Shown here: positions 12,960 to 26,697 of the stretch, in pieces
Numbering within the stretch: the stretch's first letter is position 1
Layout: every line of letters starts with the position of its first letter
Source: Octopus vulgaris
Lineage: Eukaryota
DNA length: 64,000 nt
Direction: 5' to 3'
Assembly (NCBI GenBank): GCA_951406725.2
Contig: OX597823.1
Location: forward strand, 104,842,001-104,906,000
Notes under the pieces: model-generated
The model's input: the letters and a program-made list of their open reading frames with translations, nothing else
What the model was told of the DNA's origin: nothing
Database searches by the model: none
Translations under genes and position numbers: made by a program

Positions 12960-13187
12960 AGAAGAAGAAAAAGAAGAATGAGGAGGAGGAGGGGGTGGAG
13001 GAGGAGAAGACGAGGAAGAAGAAGAAGAAGAAAAAGAAGAATGAGGAGGGGGAGAAGAAGAAGAAGGAGGAGGAGGAGGAGGAGAAGAAGAAGGAGAAGA
13101 AGAAGGAGAAGAAGAAGGAGAAGAAGAAGGAGAAGAAGTAGGAGAAGAAGAAGACGACGAAGAAGAAGAAGAAGAAGAAGAAGAAGT
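12960..13187. repeat. Compound (GAA/GGA)n polypurine tract
   Basis: Seen directly in the sequence. Confidence 0.9.
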
Positions 13188-13799
13188 GGTACTTTATATA
13201 GACCTATACAATAAGAGACAAAATCAACCATAGCAAACACACGATATCTTAGAATCACATCAATCATTGACAGAACATTTTACGTAAGTTATTTTAAGAA
13301 GCCATGCAATGCAGCAGCAAAGCTACAAGGCAGCAGCAAGCTTTCTTATGTTTGATACATACAAACTAGTACAGGTTACCAAGGGAGGTTGTCGAGTGAG
13401 AGACAACCTGCCAATTCAAGAATAAACTCGATAAATATTGAAAGAACAATAAATTTTGAGAGAGAAACTCATTATAAATCAGTTGGCATCTTGCAGATTT
13501 TTATCTCTCAGCCTTAACAAAAAAAATTTTTTTTAATGAAAATATAAAAAAAAAAAGAAAAGAAAGGAAAAAAAATCACAAATTAAAGACGTGTAAAATT
13601 ATTGTTTCTGATGACAGAATGGGTGTTTAAATATTTGAAAATGAACTAACGATGCCAATAACCTTTTTGAAAGAGTTTGAGAAATGATTCATGTTTAAAT
13701 AGCTACAAACAGCAGATTTTTTATCATTAACTCTTTTGATGCTGTCTCAGCTGAGACCATCTCTAGTTCTATGGTACTAAACTTTCTTAGTTTTGAAGC

Positions 13800-14130
13800 T
13801 GCCTCCTCCTCCTCCTCCTCCTCATCATCATTATCATCATCATCATCACCATCACCATCATCATCATCATCATCATCATGACAACCACCGCTGCCACCGC
13901 CACCACCACCACGACCACGACCACCACTACCACCACTGCTGTCATCGTCGTCGTCATCGTCGTCGTCATCATCACCATCACCATCACCATCACCATCATC
14001 ATCATGACAACCACCGCTGCCGCCGCCACCACCACCGCCACCACCATTGCTGTCATCATCATTGTCATCTTCATCATAATTGATCACTACCACTGCTGCC
14101 ATCACCATTGTCGTCTTCGTCATCATCATC
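13800..14130. repeat. Compound (CAT/CAC/CCT)n trinucleotide tract with an internal ~125-bp duplication
   Basis: The atgacaaccaccgctgcc unit recurs at about 13877 and 14003. Confidence 0.85.
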
Positions 14131-16077
14131 ATGTCTACTTTCTCGTGCTCGCATGGGTCAGACAGAATTTGTTGAGGCAAATTTCCTATGGCTGGATGTC
14201 CTTCCTGTCATCAACCTTCACCTGTTTCCAAGCAACGTGGATATTTCCCTATGGCCAGGCAGGTGCTTCAAGGTAGAACTGAAGCAAATAAACTGTAGCA
14301 CTTTGCTTACAACCATAACGTGATGTCAAGACACAAGTGCATGCACACACAACAGGCACAGACACACACATACACACACATGCACACACACATACACACG
14401 CATGCACACACATGCATACACACATTCACATACACATTCTTATATTCAAGAAGCATCTATCAGTTTCGATCTACCAAATGCTCTCACAAGGCTGAGGTCA
14501 GTCTGGAGCTACAGTACAAGACACTTGTCCAAGATGTTACCAAGTGGGATTGAACCCTAAACCACATAGTTGGGAAGCAAACTCCTTGACCATATAGTCA
14601 TGTCCCCACCTGCATCCATATTCATTTTCAGTGTTTATATCCCTGCAATTTATCAGTTCAGCAAAAGAGATCCCTCCCATAAGCACGGGGGTTGATTCGT
14701 TCGACTAAAACCCTTCCAGGCAGTGCCCCAGCATGGCTGCAGTCCAATGACTGGAACAAGTAAAAGATAAAAGAAGACACAGACACAAACACACACACAC
14801 ACACACACACACACATGCACATGCACACAAACATATACACTCAGCCCCCCCCCCCCCACATGTTTACTTCAAGCATAAAGATTAACACAGTTCCTATCAA
14901 CTTGTGTCTCTGATAAAAGACACTTGCACAGATATTCTACAAAGTTGGTATCAAACCACAAATCTCAATGCTGAAAAACAAACACTTTAACCACCCAGCC
15001 ATGCTTAGATTACCGATGCATTCAAAATAAAGAAACAATCAGCCACATTTTTTCCAGCTGCAAGTTAGTTACTGCAAAGACAAAATATCTTCACAGACAT
15101 GACAGAGTAGTTGGCTGTATATGTTAAATTATGTGTACAAGACACTTCTACATGAAAACTGAGAATAAGTGTAATAAAAATGTACATGAAATCCTAGTAT
15201 GTGACAACAACATGACTACTGTACTCTAGGGTATGTCTGTATATCTATAATGGCAAAGGAGATCAAAGCAAACAGTCACATATCCTAATCAAAGACAGAA
15301 ACGAAAAATCTATGCAATCTAATTAACATAATGATACCTTCTAACCAAAACATTGCTTGGAAAGAAATTGAAATGCTATCAAAGTACAAGAACTTTGAAG
15401 CGGAAATAAGCAAGATGTGAGTTATAATAGTAAAATAAGCATTGATATTATTTGGTGTACTGAGTTTGGTATATAAAATAAACACACAAACCAAATTATG
15501 TAAGCCACACCACAATAAAAAAAGAAGAGTACTGTTATATATGGCTCACATCCGGCACAAGACATCTTTTTATCCACTTACATCAATTTTGGGCATGTAT
15601 TCAACCTGTTCACCTCCCAATTCTATGACACAATCACACAGCACATACTCTATCTAATCACATTCCGGTACAATAACACAACTCAAACAGCACATATTCT
15701 TTATAAATACCAACCAGTATTATAGCAGAAATCACACAGCACATACTCTTTACATAAATCACACAGTACATACACTTTATGTACTGTGAGGGAGTAAGTC
15801 GATTACATTGACACCAGTGATCAACTGGTACTTATTTTATTGACTCTGAAAGGATGAAAGGTAAAGTCAACCTCGGTGGAATTTGAACTCAGGACATGAA
15901 GACAAACAAAATGCCACTAAGCATTTCGCTTGATGTGCTAATGATTCAGCCAGCTTGCTACCTTCTAGTACAAACTTGAACTTCTAACTTGTCTCTGGGT
16001 GAGACTTGAACTCAATTTGTACAAATACATAGATAAATCCAAACATATAATAATAATAATAGCAATGATTATAATGC

Positions 16078-16125
<48 letters not shown>

Positions 16126-16126
<1 letters not shown>

Positions 16127-18741
16127 GTTCAAAAAGTTCAACTCCAACCCCAAAAAGTTCTACCAAGAACTGGGCAAAAATAAAATAGAAGTCACTGCAG
16201 CACCAACGGCAGAAGAATTGGAAGAATTCTGGAGAGAAATATGGTCGGCGAACGAACAACCAAAAAAAGGAGTATCAAAATAACAAACTCGGCATCTGAA
16301 CAACTTTGGACCCCCATAACAACTGAAGAGGTCACCCAGGCACTGCAAAGACTAAGCAACTGGAAGGCACCTGGGCATGACAAGATCCCCAACTTCTAGT
16401 TGAAATATCTAACAGGAATGTACAAAAAGCTGGCTGAAAACTTTAACAATATACTAGCAGAGCCAGAGACAATGCCTGAATGGCTCACGAAGGGGAAAAC
16501 CATCTTAATTCCCAAATCAAATGAAACAGCAAAACCAGAAAACTACAGACCAATAACCTGCCTCCCTACTATGTTCAAGGCATTTACTGCAGTGATATCG
16601 CAAAGGCTGAACAAGCACCTGGACGAAAACAAACTGTTCCCAGAAGAGCAGAAAGGATGCCGCAAAGGCTCATATGGCTGTAAAGATCAACTAATGATTA
16701 ATAAAGCCATAACTGAAGACAGCCACAGAAAGAAGAAAGGCCTCAGTATGGCCTGGATTGACTACAAAAAGGCGTTTGATAGCATCCCCCACACATGGAT
16801 CCTCGAAACACTAGCCATTAACAAAGTAGCACCAACAATCATAAAATTCATAGAGCACTCTATGAATAAATGGCAAACAGTCCTACACCTCCAAACAAAA
16901 GAGGGACTCATGAAAACCAAAGACATCCCCATTAGAAGAGGAATATTCCAGGGAGACACGCTCTCTCCACTCCTTTTCTGCTTGGCACTGTCACCTCTAT
17001 CTGATATACTAAATAGAACTGGATGCGGATATAAATGTTACGGCAAAACGATCAGCCACCTTTTATATATGGATGACCTAAAACTATACGCTGCAAATGA
17101 CAAACAGCTGGAAACACTATTAAAGACAGTTCATGGATTTACCAAAGAATTTGGATTAGAAAAATGCGCCAAAGTAACCATGAAAAGAGGAAAACTAGTT
17201 AAGAGTAACAACATCACACTAGATAAAACCAATGAAATAAAAGAATTAGACCAAAGCCAAACTTACAAATACTTAGGAATCCATGAACTAGATAAGACAC
17301 AACACACACAAATGAAAGAGAAAATAAAAAAAGAATATTATAGACGAGTTAGATCAATACTAAAAACAGAGCTCAATGCTAAAAACAAGATAATAGGTAT
17401 CAACACTTTAGCTGTCCCAGTTATAAGTTACAGCTACAATATCCTTAACTGGACACGAAATGAATTGACCAAAATAGATAGGAAAACAAGAAAAATAATG
17501 ACAGGATCTAGGATGCATCACCCAAAATCTGACATAGAAAGACTATATATACAACATATAGAAGGTGGTAGAGGCCTTATACAGCTGGAAAACTACTATA
17601 AAATAACCACCATAGGACTGCAAAAATATCTACTTCAGAAGGAAGGAAAACTGATCCAGATAGCGGCAAAACACGAGCAAAACAAAAAACTGTTCTCAGT
17701 ATTTAAGGAAGCTGACAAATACAAACAAGAAATCATGCCACCTAATAAACACGAAGAAGAAGAAGAAGAAGAAGAAGAAGAAGAAGAAGAAGAAGAAGAA
17801 GATGAAGAAACAACAAAAGCTATAAAACAAATGAAATCCAAACTAAAAATAGAACAGCAACGAACCATGATAAAACGATGGCAAGAAAAGCCCCTTCATG
17901 GTAAATACTGGACTAAACTAAACACAAAAGAAATAGACAAAGAAAAATCCCAGCAATGGTTGAGAAGCTCAGGACTCAAAGCAGAAACAGGGATTTTTAA
18001 TTGCAGCACAAGACCAAAGCCTCCCCACCAGAAATTATCAAAAACATGTAATGAAAAGAAATATTACAAGTAACTGCAGAATATGTGGAAGATGGACAAG
18101 AAACAATAAATCATATTATCTCTAGCTGCCCAGTCCTGGCTCAGAAGGAATATATTCACAGACATGACAGAGTTGGAACCTACATACATTGGAAGCTATG
18201 CCAACATTATGGAATAACAACAGAAAAAAGATGGTATAGGCACACACCAGAAAAGGTCACAGAAAACGAGAAAGCAACCATACTCTGGGATATGCCGATA
18301 CACACAGATAGAGAAATTAAGGCCAACAGACCAGATATAGTTGTCAGAGATCATGAAGAAAAAAATGCTTTCTAATTGATGTATCAATACCAGCAGATGA
18401 CAACGTGCCTCTAAAAGAAATGGAGAAACTTTCAAAATACAAAGACCTGGAAATAGAGGTAACTAGAATGTGGAATCTGAAAACAGAAACAATTCCTATC
18501 ATAGTAGGTGCATTAGGCATAATAAAAAAATATTCAGACGAATACATAACAAAAACACCAGGACTTACAAACACATATAACATACAGAAAATTGCACTAC
18601 TAGGCACTGCACACATCCTACGCAGAACACTTTCCATACAATAACCATCAGAGCATCACAACAAATCACAGCACATACCCAAGGCACACAGAGCTGCGCT
18701 CGGTAGTGAAGTGAAAGCACGCTATAAAAATAAAACTACTG
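16126..18741 (+). mobile_element. R4/Dong-clade non-LTR retrotransposon (RT + CCHC + RLE), 5'-truncated, inserted in (TAA)n
   Basis: ORF 16400-18073 has NYRPITCL, WIDYKKAFDS, RGIFQGDTLSP and LYMDD; then CRIC..H....C, RHD, RPDIVV and LLGTAHILRRTL; few stops and frameshifts; (TAA)n on both sides. Confidence 0.93.
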
Positions 18742-18767
18742 AATAATAATAATAATAATAATAATAA

Positions 18768-19324
18768 ATGCTCTGATGCAGTACCAGGCAGTGGCCCTCA
18801 TGGCTTCTGATCTTAACTGATTGGAAGTGTTATCATGTACATTGTTTTGTCTTGGTATAAAAGATGGGCTACAGTAAATATTCTGCTCAATACCACAGAT
18901 TGGCTTGTCAGTTGTTTGACCTTAACCAGTTGAGCATGTCCCTTAGTGGCTGACGATATGTGCATCTCTGATCACGAGCAGAAGTAGTGGGGGAGCATCA
19001 TAGCCATGTGTTGAGAGGGATTCTTTGGGGTTTGAATAATTCACCTCTGGAAACATGGGTGGTTCTTTCAACATCCTTAAACAACCCTTTTTGAGGGACC
19101 TTTTGAGTGGGATGGGTTACTCGACCAGAAGAAAATTCTAACTGGGCCCCACCTGCAAGGTCATGCACTGTTTATCTTGATATGAGATCACCATGTCAGG
19201 CACATATGGTTGTGATGCATGTGCCTGGTGTACCCTTATCAGACAGGTAGTCATGATGGGTATACTGGGCTTCGTATATTTTACCCCAGTGTCACATTGA
19301 TGGCATGCACTGCTCTCTCACTTA
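18768..19324. mobile_element. ~560-bp non-coding repeat inserted in (TAA)n, copy 2
   Basis: Near-identical to 3745-4355. Confidence 0.8.
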
Positions 19325-19359
19325 ATGATGATAGTAATAACAACAACAACAACAATAAA

Positions 19360-20710
19360 GATTATAATGCTGACAGCAGAATGGAATTTAGATTGAAAAT
19401 GTGTGGCATGTTAGTCTTGAATTAAACTAAATGCATGGATGAGTTAGTGATGCTATTAGGGAAGTTATGTAGCAAATAGAAGAAGTGGGTTATAAATACT
19501 TGGAGATACTGGAAATGGACAAAACAATGGAGGAGGAAATGATGGGGAAATTTAAAGAGACTTGCCCTTAATTTGAAATTGACTGGATGGAATAAGATTG
19601 ATGCTATCAAAACATGGGCAGTCTCACTCCTTAGATATGGAGCAGAAGTAATCGCGAGGATAATAGAAGCACTAAGCTTAGACTGAAATACAAGAAGGCT
19701 GTTGACTAGAGCGATACAGACAGACTGTTTGTACCATGAAAAAGGGGAGGAAGAGGACTGTTTGGGAGCAAACACAGCAATAGAATAGAAGAAAACAACA
19801 CATACTGTACATAAAAAGTGCTGCAGGACTGCCATTGCTGGAAGTAAGAAGGTTAGGCTCATGCAAATTTGAAGATTGCAAAATAGGACAAAGAGAAAAA
19901 GGTGGTTATAAATGGCTAAAAGTGATTTAAAACTGGAAATGGAAGCCTTAATCTTTGCTGCTTAAGAGCAAGAATTAAGAACTAATTACACACATCAAAC
20001 ACAGAGTATACTACACAGTGGAAAGTGATGGATGCAGAATTTGCAGAGATAATGGGTAAAATGCATGGCACATTGCCAGAAAGAACATAAGAGGTGGCAT
20101 GACAACATGGCAAAGATAGTCCATTGGGCATTTTGCAACAAATATGGAATTGACAGAGCAGAAAAGTGGTACAGACATAAACCCAAGGGTATTATTGAAA
20201 ATAATAATGCAAAGGTCTTGTGAGACTTTATAAGTCAGTGTGACCATGAGACAGAGAGTGGGAAATCAGGTACAATGATAATTGAGAAAGAAAGCAAACA
20301 GTGTTGGATCATAGATATAGCATGTCCAGCTCCCAACAAGGTATGCGATAAATAGTTATAGCATGTCCAACCGCCAATTAAGTAAGTGATAAAGAAGAGA
20401 AAGAATCAATAGGTATGATAGATTCGCTTGGAAGGTTAAACAGGTGTTGTTACTGCAACAGGTGATAGTAATACCAATAAGTGTCAAAACCTTAGGAATG
20501 GTAATTAAAGATCTTGAGAAATACATTGAACAAATAGGGATTACAATATGGGTGGATCACTTGCAGAAAACATTACTGCTTGAAACAGCTCAAATGCTCT
20601 AGAGGGTGCTTGAAAAATAAGGGGTGTTACCTCAGTTCAATGGTAATGAACAACTGATACTATAATACATCTCCAGTATTAGATGCTGAGCAAAGAAAAT
20701 ATATTTATGA
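19360..20710 (+). pseudogene. Old degraded R4/Dong-type LINE fragment
   Basis: Remnants MEFRLKMCGML, YKYLEIL, AIKTWAVSLLRYG, HDNMAKIVHW and LQKTLLLETAQMLERVL. Confidence 0.7.
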
Positions 20711-21299
20711 TAATTGTATTCGTAAACCATGAGATAGTGGTTTCAATTCCTCCTCCTCCTCCTCCTTGTTATTAATATCATTAAAACAGGGGTTAACTGC
20801 CAGAATTGCTAGCATTCCAGACCAAATGCTTTTATTTTGGCTTTTATGTTCTGAGTTCAAATTCTACCAAGGTCAACTTTGCCTTTCATCCTTTCAGGGT
20901 TGATAAATTGAGTGCTAGTGAAATACTGGGGTCGATCGATGTAAGCGACTAGTCCCATCCCTCCTAGTTTGAGGCATATGTGCCTTTGGTAGAAAGGATT
21001 ATTATTATTGATGAGGATGTATGGCCTTGTGGTTACGATGTTACTCTCATGATCATGAGATAGTGGTTTCAATTCCTAGATTGGGTACGGCATTGTGTTC
21101 TTGAGCAAGATACTTCATTTGACATTGCTCTGTGATCCCTTCAACACCCGATGTTTGGTTGGTACACCATGCAATGTCGATTCAATGGAGGGAGTGAGCT
21201 TAAGTACAGCACATACATTTGATCACCATAAGCAAATCATTTTGTGCAGGTAGTTAGGCAGAAGCTGAACACCCGCACATTTCAAAGGGAAAGTCTATC

Positions 21300-21403
21300 A
21301 TCAGCTTTGTCATCATCATCATCTTCCTCATCATCATCATCATCGTCATCATCGTCATCATTATCTTCATCATCATCATCATCATCATCCTCATCAACGT
21401 CGT

Positions 21404-21434
<31 letters not shown>

Positions 21435-22010
21435 ATCATTGTCATCATCATCGTCATCTTGATCATCATTATCTTCATCATCATCTTCATCTTCATCATC
21501 ATCATCCTCATCAACGTCGTCGTCGTCATCGTCGTCATCATCATCTTCATTATCATCATCATCAACGTCGTCGTTGTTGATGTCGTCATCATCGTCATCA
21601 TCATCATTATCTTCATCATCATTATCTTCATCATCATCTTCATCATCTTAATCATCATCATCAACGTCATCATCCTCATCGTCGTCATCGTCATCATCGT
21701 CGTCATCGTCATCATCGTCATCATCATCGTCATCATCATCATCTTCATCATCATTATCTTCATCATCATCTTCATCATCTTCATCATCATCATAGTCATC
21801 ATCCTCATTAATGTCGTCATCATCGTCATCATCATCTTCATCATCTTCATCATCTTCATCATCATCATCATCATCAACGTTGTCGTCGTCATCATCATCG
21901 TCATCATCATCATCGTCATCGTCATCATCATCATCATCATCATCATCATCGTCGTCGTCGTCGACATTGTCATCGTTGTTGTCATCGTCGTCATCATCAT
22001 CATCATCATT
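21300..22010. repeat. ~700-bp compound (CAT/CGT/CTT)n microsatellite
   Basis: Seen directly; it generates the spurious poly-M/I/S/D ORFs. Confidence 0.95.
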
Positions 22011-22124
22011 AACTTCTTCATCTCCAAATACTTAAAATTTGTTTGCTGAAATCCTTGGAAATGAGTGAATTCATAATGATAATAAAGCCATGAATTACCA
22101 GAGAGAGAAGAGGGAGAGGGGAGA

Positions 22125-22162
<38 letters not shown>

Positions 22163-22866
22163 AGTTGTATTTTATAATTGATCAGTATTTCTGTTTTAGC
22201 CCCTTATTCTCTGCACCCTCATCTCCCTCTTTTGAAGGAACAACTAAAATATCAGCTCCATGCTATGAACCTGATTGGAATAATGCTTGTTGTTTTTTAA
22301 CGAAGTTTTTGAAAATAGCTTAAAGGTAATTTTTCACAGCAGTTATTTTTGTTACGAAGATTGTAATGAAGAGGAAAAGAGAATTGAGCTTATTGTAAAG
22401 GCTAAAACGGAAAATCTGATTAGCAAATAATCAATTTGTTTGCATTATTTGCAGGGTATAAAATGAAAGATATAAATAAACTTTACTGAAAAATTAACTT
22501 TAGTAGTTTCACCATAGAATTAAAATGGAATAAAGGGGAAAAAGAAAAATATTTCTAAGAAAATAATTGTAGCTTTATCTGCCAGAAATTGCTTGTAGTA
22601 AAGCATAGAAAAGTAAAGTAAATTGATCTTATTAGGGAGAAACTTCTGGAAAATATTCTCATTGTTATCTTTGATGACTACGTGTTGTTGAATCCATCTT
22701 GCCCCAAACGCTTTAAGAAAACCCATTATTCATAAGTGACTTCCCGAATGTATTCTGAGCTATATTTAGCAGTCACTGCTATAACTGTAGTGAGAATGTT
22801 GTTCATAGAAAACTTATGCTTATGCAAGTATATCTACATATATATATATACATTTATGCATACATA

Positions 22867-22919
<53 letters not shown>

Positions 22920-23317
22920 ATATATAAATCATCATCATCATCATCGTTTAATATCCACATTCCATGCTGGCATGGGTTGGATGGTTTGACATAGAGCTGT
23001 CCAGACTCCAGTTGTTTCTACAGCTGGATGTGCTTCCTAATGCCAACCACTTTACAGAGTGTGCAGGGTGCTATCTTTGTATCACTACCATGGACCCATT
23101 TATGCAGCACCAGCATGAGTGTTTTCTATGTGGCACTGGTACCTGATAAGACAAGACTGTATGTTTGGAAGACACCGATTTTAGTTAGCTTGGCACATCA
23201 AATGCAACAAATTCCCACATCTCCCAGTCTCTTGTCATTTCTTCAGTGAAGCCCAGCATCCAGAGATCCTTTCTCACCACTTCATCCCACATCTTCCTGG
23301 TTTTACCCTTTCCACAG

Positions 23318-23510
23318 GTCGACCAGGGCAAGAATCTGATGATTTTTTACCTTGGCTTTTGAATTGCACTATAATTCTATTAACAGTAGCAAGAGGAATT
23401 TGAAGATTTTCGACAATTTTCGCTGGCTAAGATCAGCCTCAGATTGCCCACCAATACAACCTCTTTCAAAATCTGACAGTTCTGCTGAATTTTTTTGTGT
23501 GTGGCAAGGT
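23318..23510 (-). pseudogene. Tc1/mariner transposase N-terminal HTH fragment
   Basis: Minus strand, with a frameshift: SAELSDFERGCIGGQSEADLSQRK.VENLQIPLATVNRIIVQFKSQG...CPGRP. Confidence 0.75.
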
Positions 23511-23799
23511 TACTCTTCGCAAATGTTTAATATAATGGCATCTGGAATGAAAAAGAATAATTACATTGTAAATTCTACACCGCTGAGAACATATTAAGAC
23601 CAGAAATTTTGAAAATTAAAGGTGTCTATTTACTTCCTGCATGTCTGTATATATATATATATATATATATATGAAGTGTTATGGCCACAACAGAAATGTA
23701 AAGACCTATCATCCAAAGCAGAAGTGCTAAAGCCACAACATGAGTACTATATACATATACATACACATACATATACATATATACATATATACATATACA

Positions 23800-24430
23800 A
23801 GACCTGGCAAGCCAAGTGAGACCATGACCATGGCCTATGCTAGTGCAGCATAACCGGCCCATTTAAGAGTACCCCTCAATCATTGGGCAATAAACTGCAC
23901 TTGATAAGGCCTGTCGAGTCAGGTGAAGTCATTGTCATGGCCGATGACAGTACTACCTGATTGGCACCCGTGCTGGTGGCACATAAAAGGCACCATTTGA
24001 GCGTAGTTGGTGCCAGTGCCACCTGACTGGTCCTGTGCCAGTGACATGTAAAAAGCACCTTTTGAGCATGATCATTGCCAGTGCCCCCTGACTTGTTCCT
24101 GTACTGGTGGCATGTAGAAAGCGCCATTCAAGCATCGGTTGTTGCCAGTGCTACCTGACTGGCTCCCATGCCGGTGTGGCATGTAAAAAGCACCACCTAA
24201 GCATGTTTGATGTCAGTACTGCCTGACTGGCCCTCATGCTGGTGGCACATAAAAAGCACCCACTACACTCTCAGAGTGGGTGGCATTAAGAAGGGCATCC
24301 AGCTGTAGAAACTTTGCCAGATCACATTGGAGCCTGGTGTAGCCTTCTGGCTTGCCAGCCCTCCGTCAAACAGTCCAACCCATGCCAGTATGGAAAACGG
24401 ATGTTAAACGATGTTGATGATGATGGTGAT
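23800..24430 (+). mobile_element. RTE 3' UTR repeat with five ~66-bp internal modules
   Basis: gtgccggtggcac(a/g)taaaaagcacc-like motif at about 23968, 24032, 24098, 24165 and 24234; (GAT)n tail. Confidence 0.75.
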
Positions 24431-24869
24431 CATACATATATATACATATGAATATAAACAAATAACGATAAAAGGGAAAGTTGATTTTGGTGGTATTTGA
24501 ACTCAGAAAGTAAAGAGCTAGAACAAATACTGCCAAGCACTCTTTCCAACGATCTAATCCTACTGCCAATTCACTGCCCTTCTAAGAATAAATTTTAAAA
24601 AAATGAGCTTATTGTCTGTAGAACTTAAGTGCATTACAGTTCATCAGAAAAGGGCAAAGAAGAGGACAGAAAGCAACTATGAGTCAAGTAAAGAAAACAG
24701 TTATAAAATCCAAAAATACTTGCACAATACACAGAATAAAACGTAGAAAGACAGGAAAGAGAACAATAAAAGACCCATAAAGAGAAAAGGGTACATAGGT
24801 ATGTCAGGGGCAGTGCTTGCAAATTTTGGGAGCCATGGTATGTTCTGGCAGCAAACAATGTAAGTAGTT

Positions 24870-25870
24870 TATTCCTTGATTTGATAATCCCAAGTTGGAG
24901 GAAAATGTTTCTGTAAGTTAAGAGTGCTGCACAATTTAAAAAAACAACTTATTTTATAAGCGTGTCCATGGGTGGTAGACATATTGAATTCAAAAAGTTG
25001 GCCAAAATTGTTGTTGGAAAGATGGCGGATGCAGTAGGCTTCTACAAAGTCAGCTGCAAGACATTGAAACTTTAGTTGTATCAATGCCCACAAAAGCAAG
25101 ACACTCGAGATTCAATATATGTCTAGCTGCACTTCTCTGAATGGCATCTTCCAGCAGATTGATATCATGGACAAGATGAATGTTCTGGACCAGAGATGTA
25201 AGTGTGAACTGCTTCTTATAGATAGCTAGCGAGTGGTCAATAGAAACCATACTGAGTGAGGCTAAGGCATTATTTAGCCATTTTGATGATTTTAGAAATG
25301 TAGGTTATCCAAAGCAAATCATTATTAGGGAGGCACATGGTTTAGTGGTTAGGGTGTTGAACTCATGAGTGTAAGTTTGCGGTTTCATTTCCTGGACTGG
25401 GTGACGTGTTGTATTCTTGAGTAAAACACTTCATTTCACATTAATTCAGTCCGTACAGCTGGCAAAAACGAGTAATCCTGTGATGGACTGGCGCCCTATC
25501 CAGGTGCGGAATATATACACTATGAAAGTAGGAACTAGCCTTTATGAGTCGGCATGACCCAAAAAGGTAACTTTACCTTTTTACCTTTAAATCATTGTTG
25601 ACAATAATGCCTAGGCCTTCTTCACTCCTTAAAAGTTAGTGTTGTGGAGGTAGTCTGTAAATTTCAGGTTTCTCATCCCCAAATGTATAGTGGTGCCCTT
25701 GTCAGCAACCAACTTGAGTTGCTGCTAGTCAGCAATCTGTAGCTGTAATTGCAGGTCAGATTGCAGGAAAAATCTACAGCATAAAAGATCTGTTCTTTTT
25801 ATCTCAAGATATAGTTCAATGCTGTCTGTATATTTTAACTCAGTAACATACTTCAAGTTTGCATCTATTC
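24870..25870 (-). pseudogene. Old CR1-like RT fragments, interrupted by a SINE at 25329-25590
   Basis: Minus strand: HDINLLEDAIQRSAARHI, TTHGHAYKI and LQSDL...IHLGMRN. Confidence 0.55.
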
Positions 25871-26399
25871 ACGAATAGATACATCTAGTTCAAAACAGTT
25901 GATCTGATCCATGGTACAACCTGCTTGGGAAATTAATGCACATGTGGCTGAGCACCCGACAAACACATGTAACCTTAATCCAGTGTCATAGAATGTGACA
26001 AGACTTGCTCTTTGAAATACAGGTGCTACTCATTTTTATCAGCTGAGTGGACTGGGTGAAATAAAGTGTCTTGTTGAAGGCCACAGTGCTCTGCTGGGTA
26101 GCAAACTTGTGGTCTTATGATCATGTGTCGAATACCCTAACCACTTAGCCATGTGCCTCCACCACTGCAAGTCAACATGTGCAGGAATGATATGAGCAAC
26201 TTGGAAGTTCCAGAGAGTCAATATTCTGGGAAGGAAGGACTGTGCTGTTGTAATTGGTTTTTCTTTCGTTATTGTTTTTTTTCTTGTTATTTGATTCTTC
26301 TGCATAGTGATTAGTATAAGATATGGAGAGGGTTCCTTAGACACAGCAAGAGTGAGAAATCATTATTATATATGGCTTTTAAAACAGCAAATGGCTGTT

Positions 26400-26697
26400 T
26401 GATTGTCTGTTCCTTCTCAAGCCATGCTTGGCTCATAAGGGCCAGTTTCTGATTTCCTTGGAGTATAGGTTCCCCACCTGGATGGGGCACCGGTCTGTCG
26501 CAGGTGAGCTGCAAGATGCAGGAGGAAAGAGTGAGAGAAAGTTGTTGTGAAAGAGTCAGCAGAAGTTCGCCATTACTTTCTGCTGGAGCTGTATGGAGCT
26601 TAGGTGTTTCGCACATAAACACACACATTGCCCGGTCTGAGATTCGAACCCGCGATCCCTCGACCGCTGCTCTAACCACTAGGCCATGTGCCTCCAC
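26400..26697 (-). mobile_element. tRNA-derived SINE family D
   Basis: ggaggcacatggcctagtggttagagc...ggttcgaatctc head. Confidence 0.7.

Noticed and set aside
21244-22049. Long poly-Met/Ile/Ser ORFs, and similar YI/HT/VC ORFs throughout the window
   Set aside because: Translations of microsatellites
23358-23541. Minus-strand host exon with good splice sites
   Set aside because: The content is a frameshifted Tc1 transposase N-terminus, not a host protein
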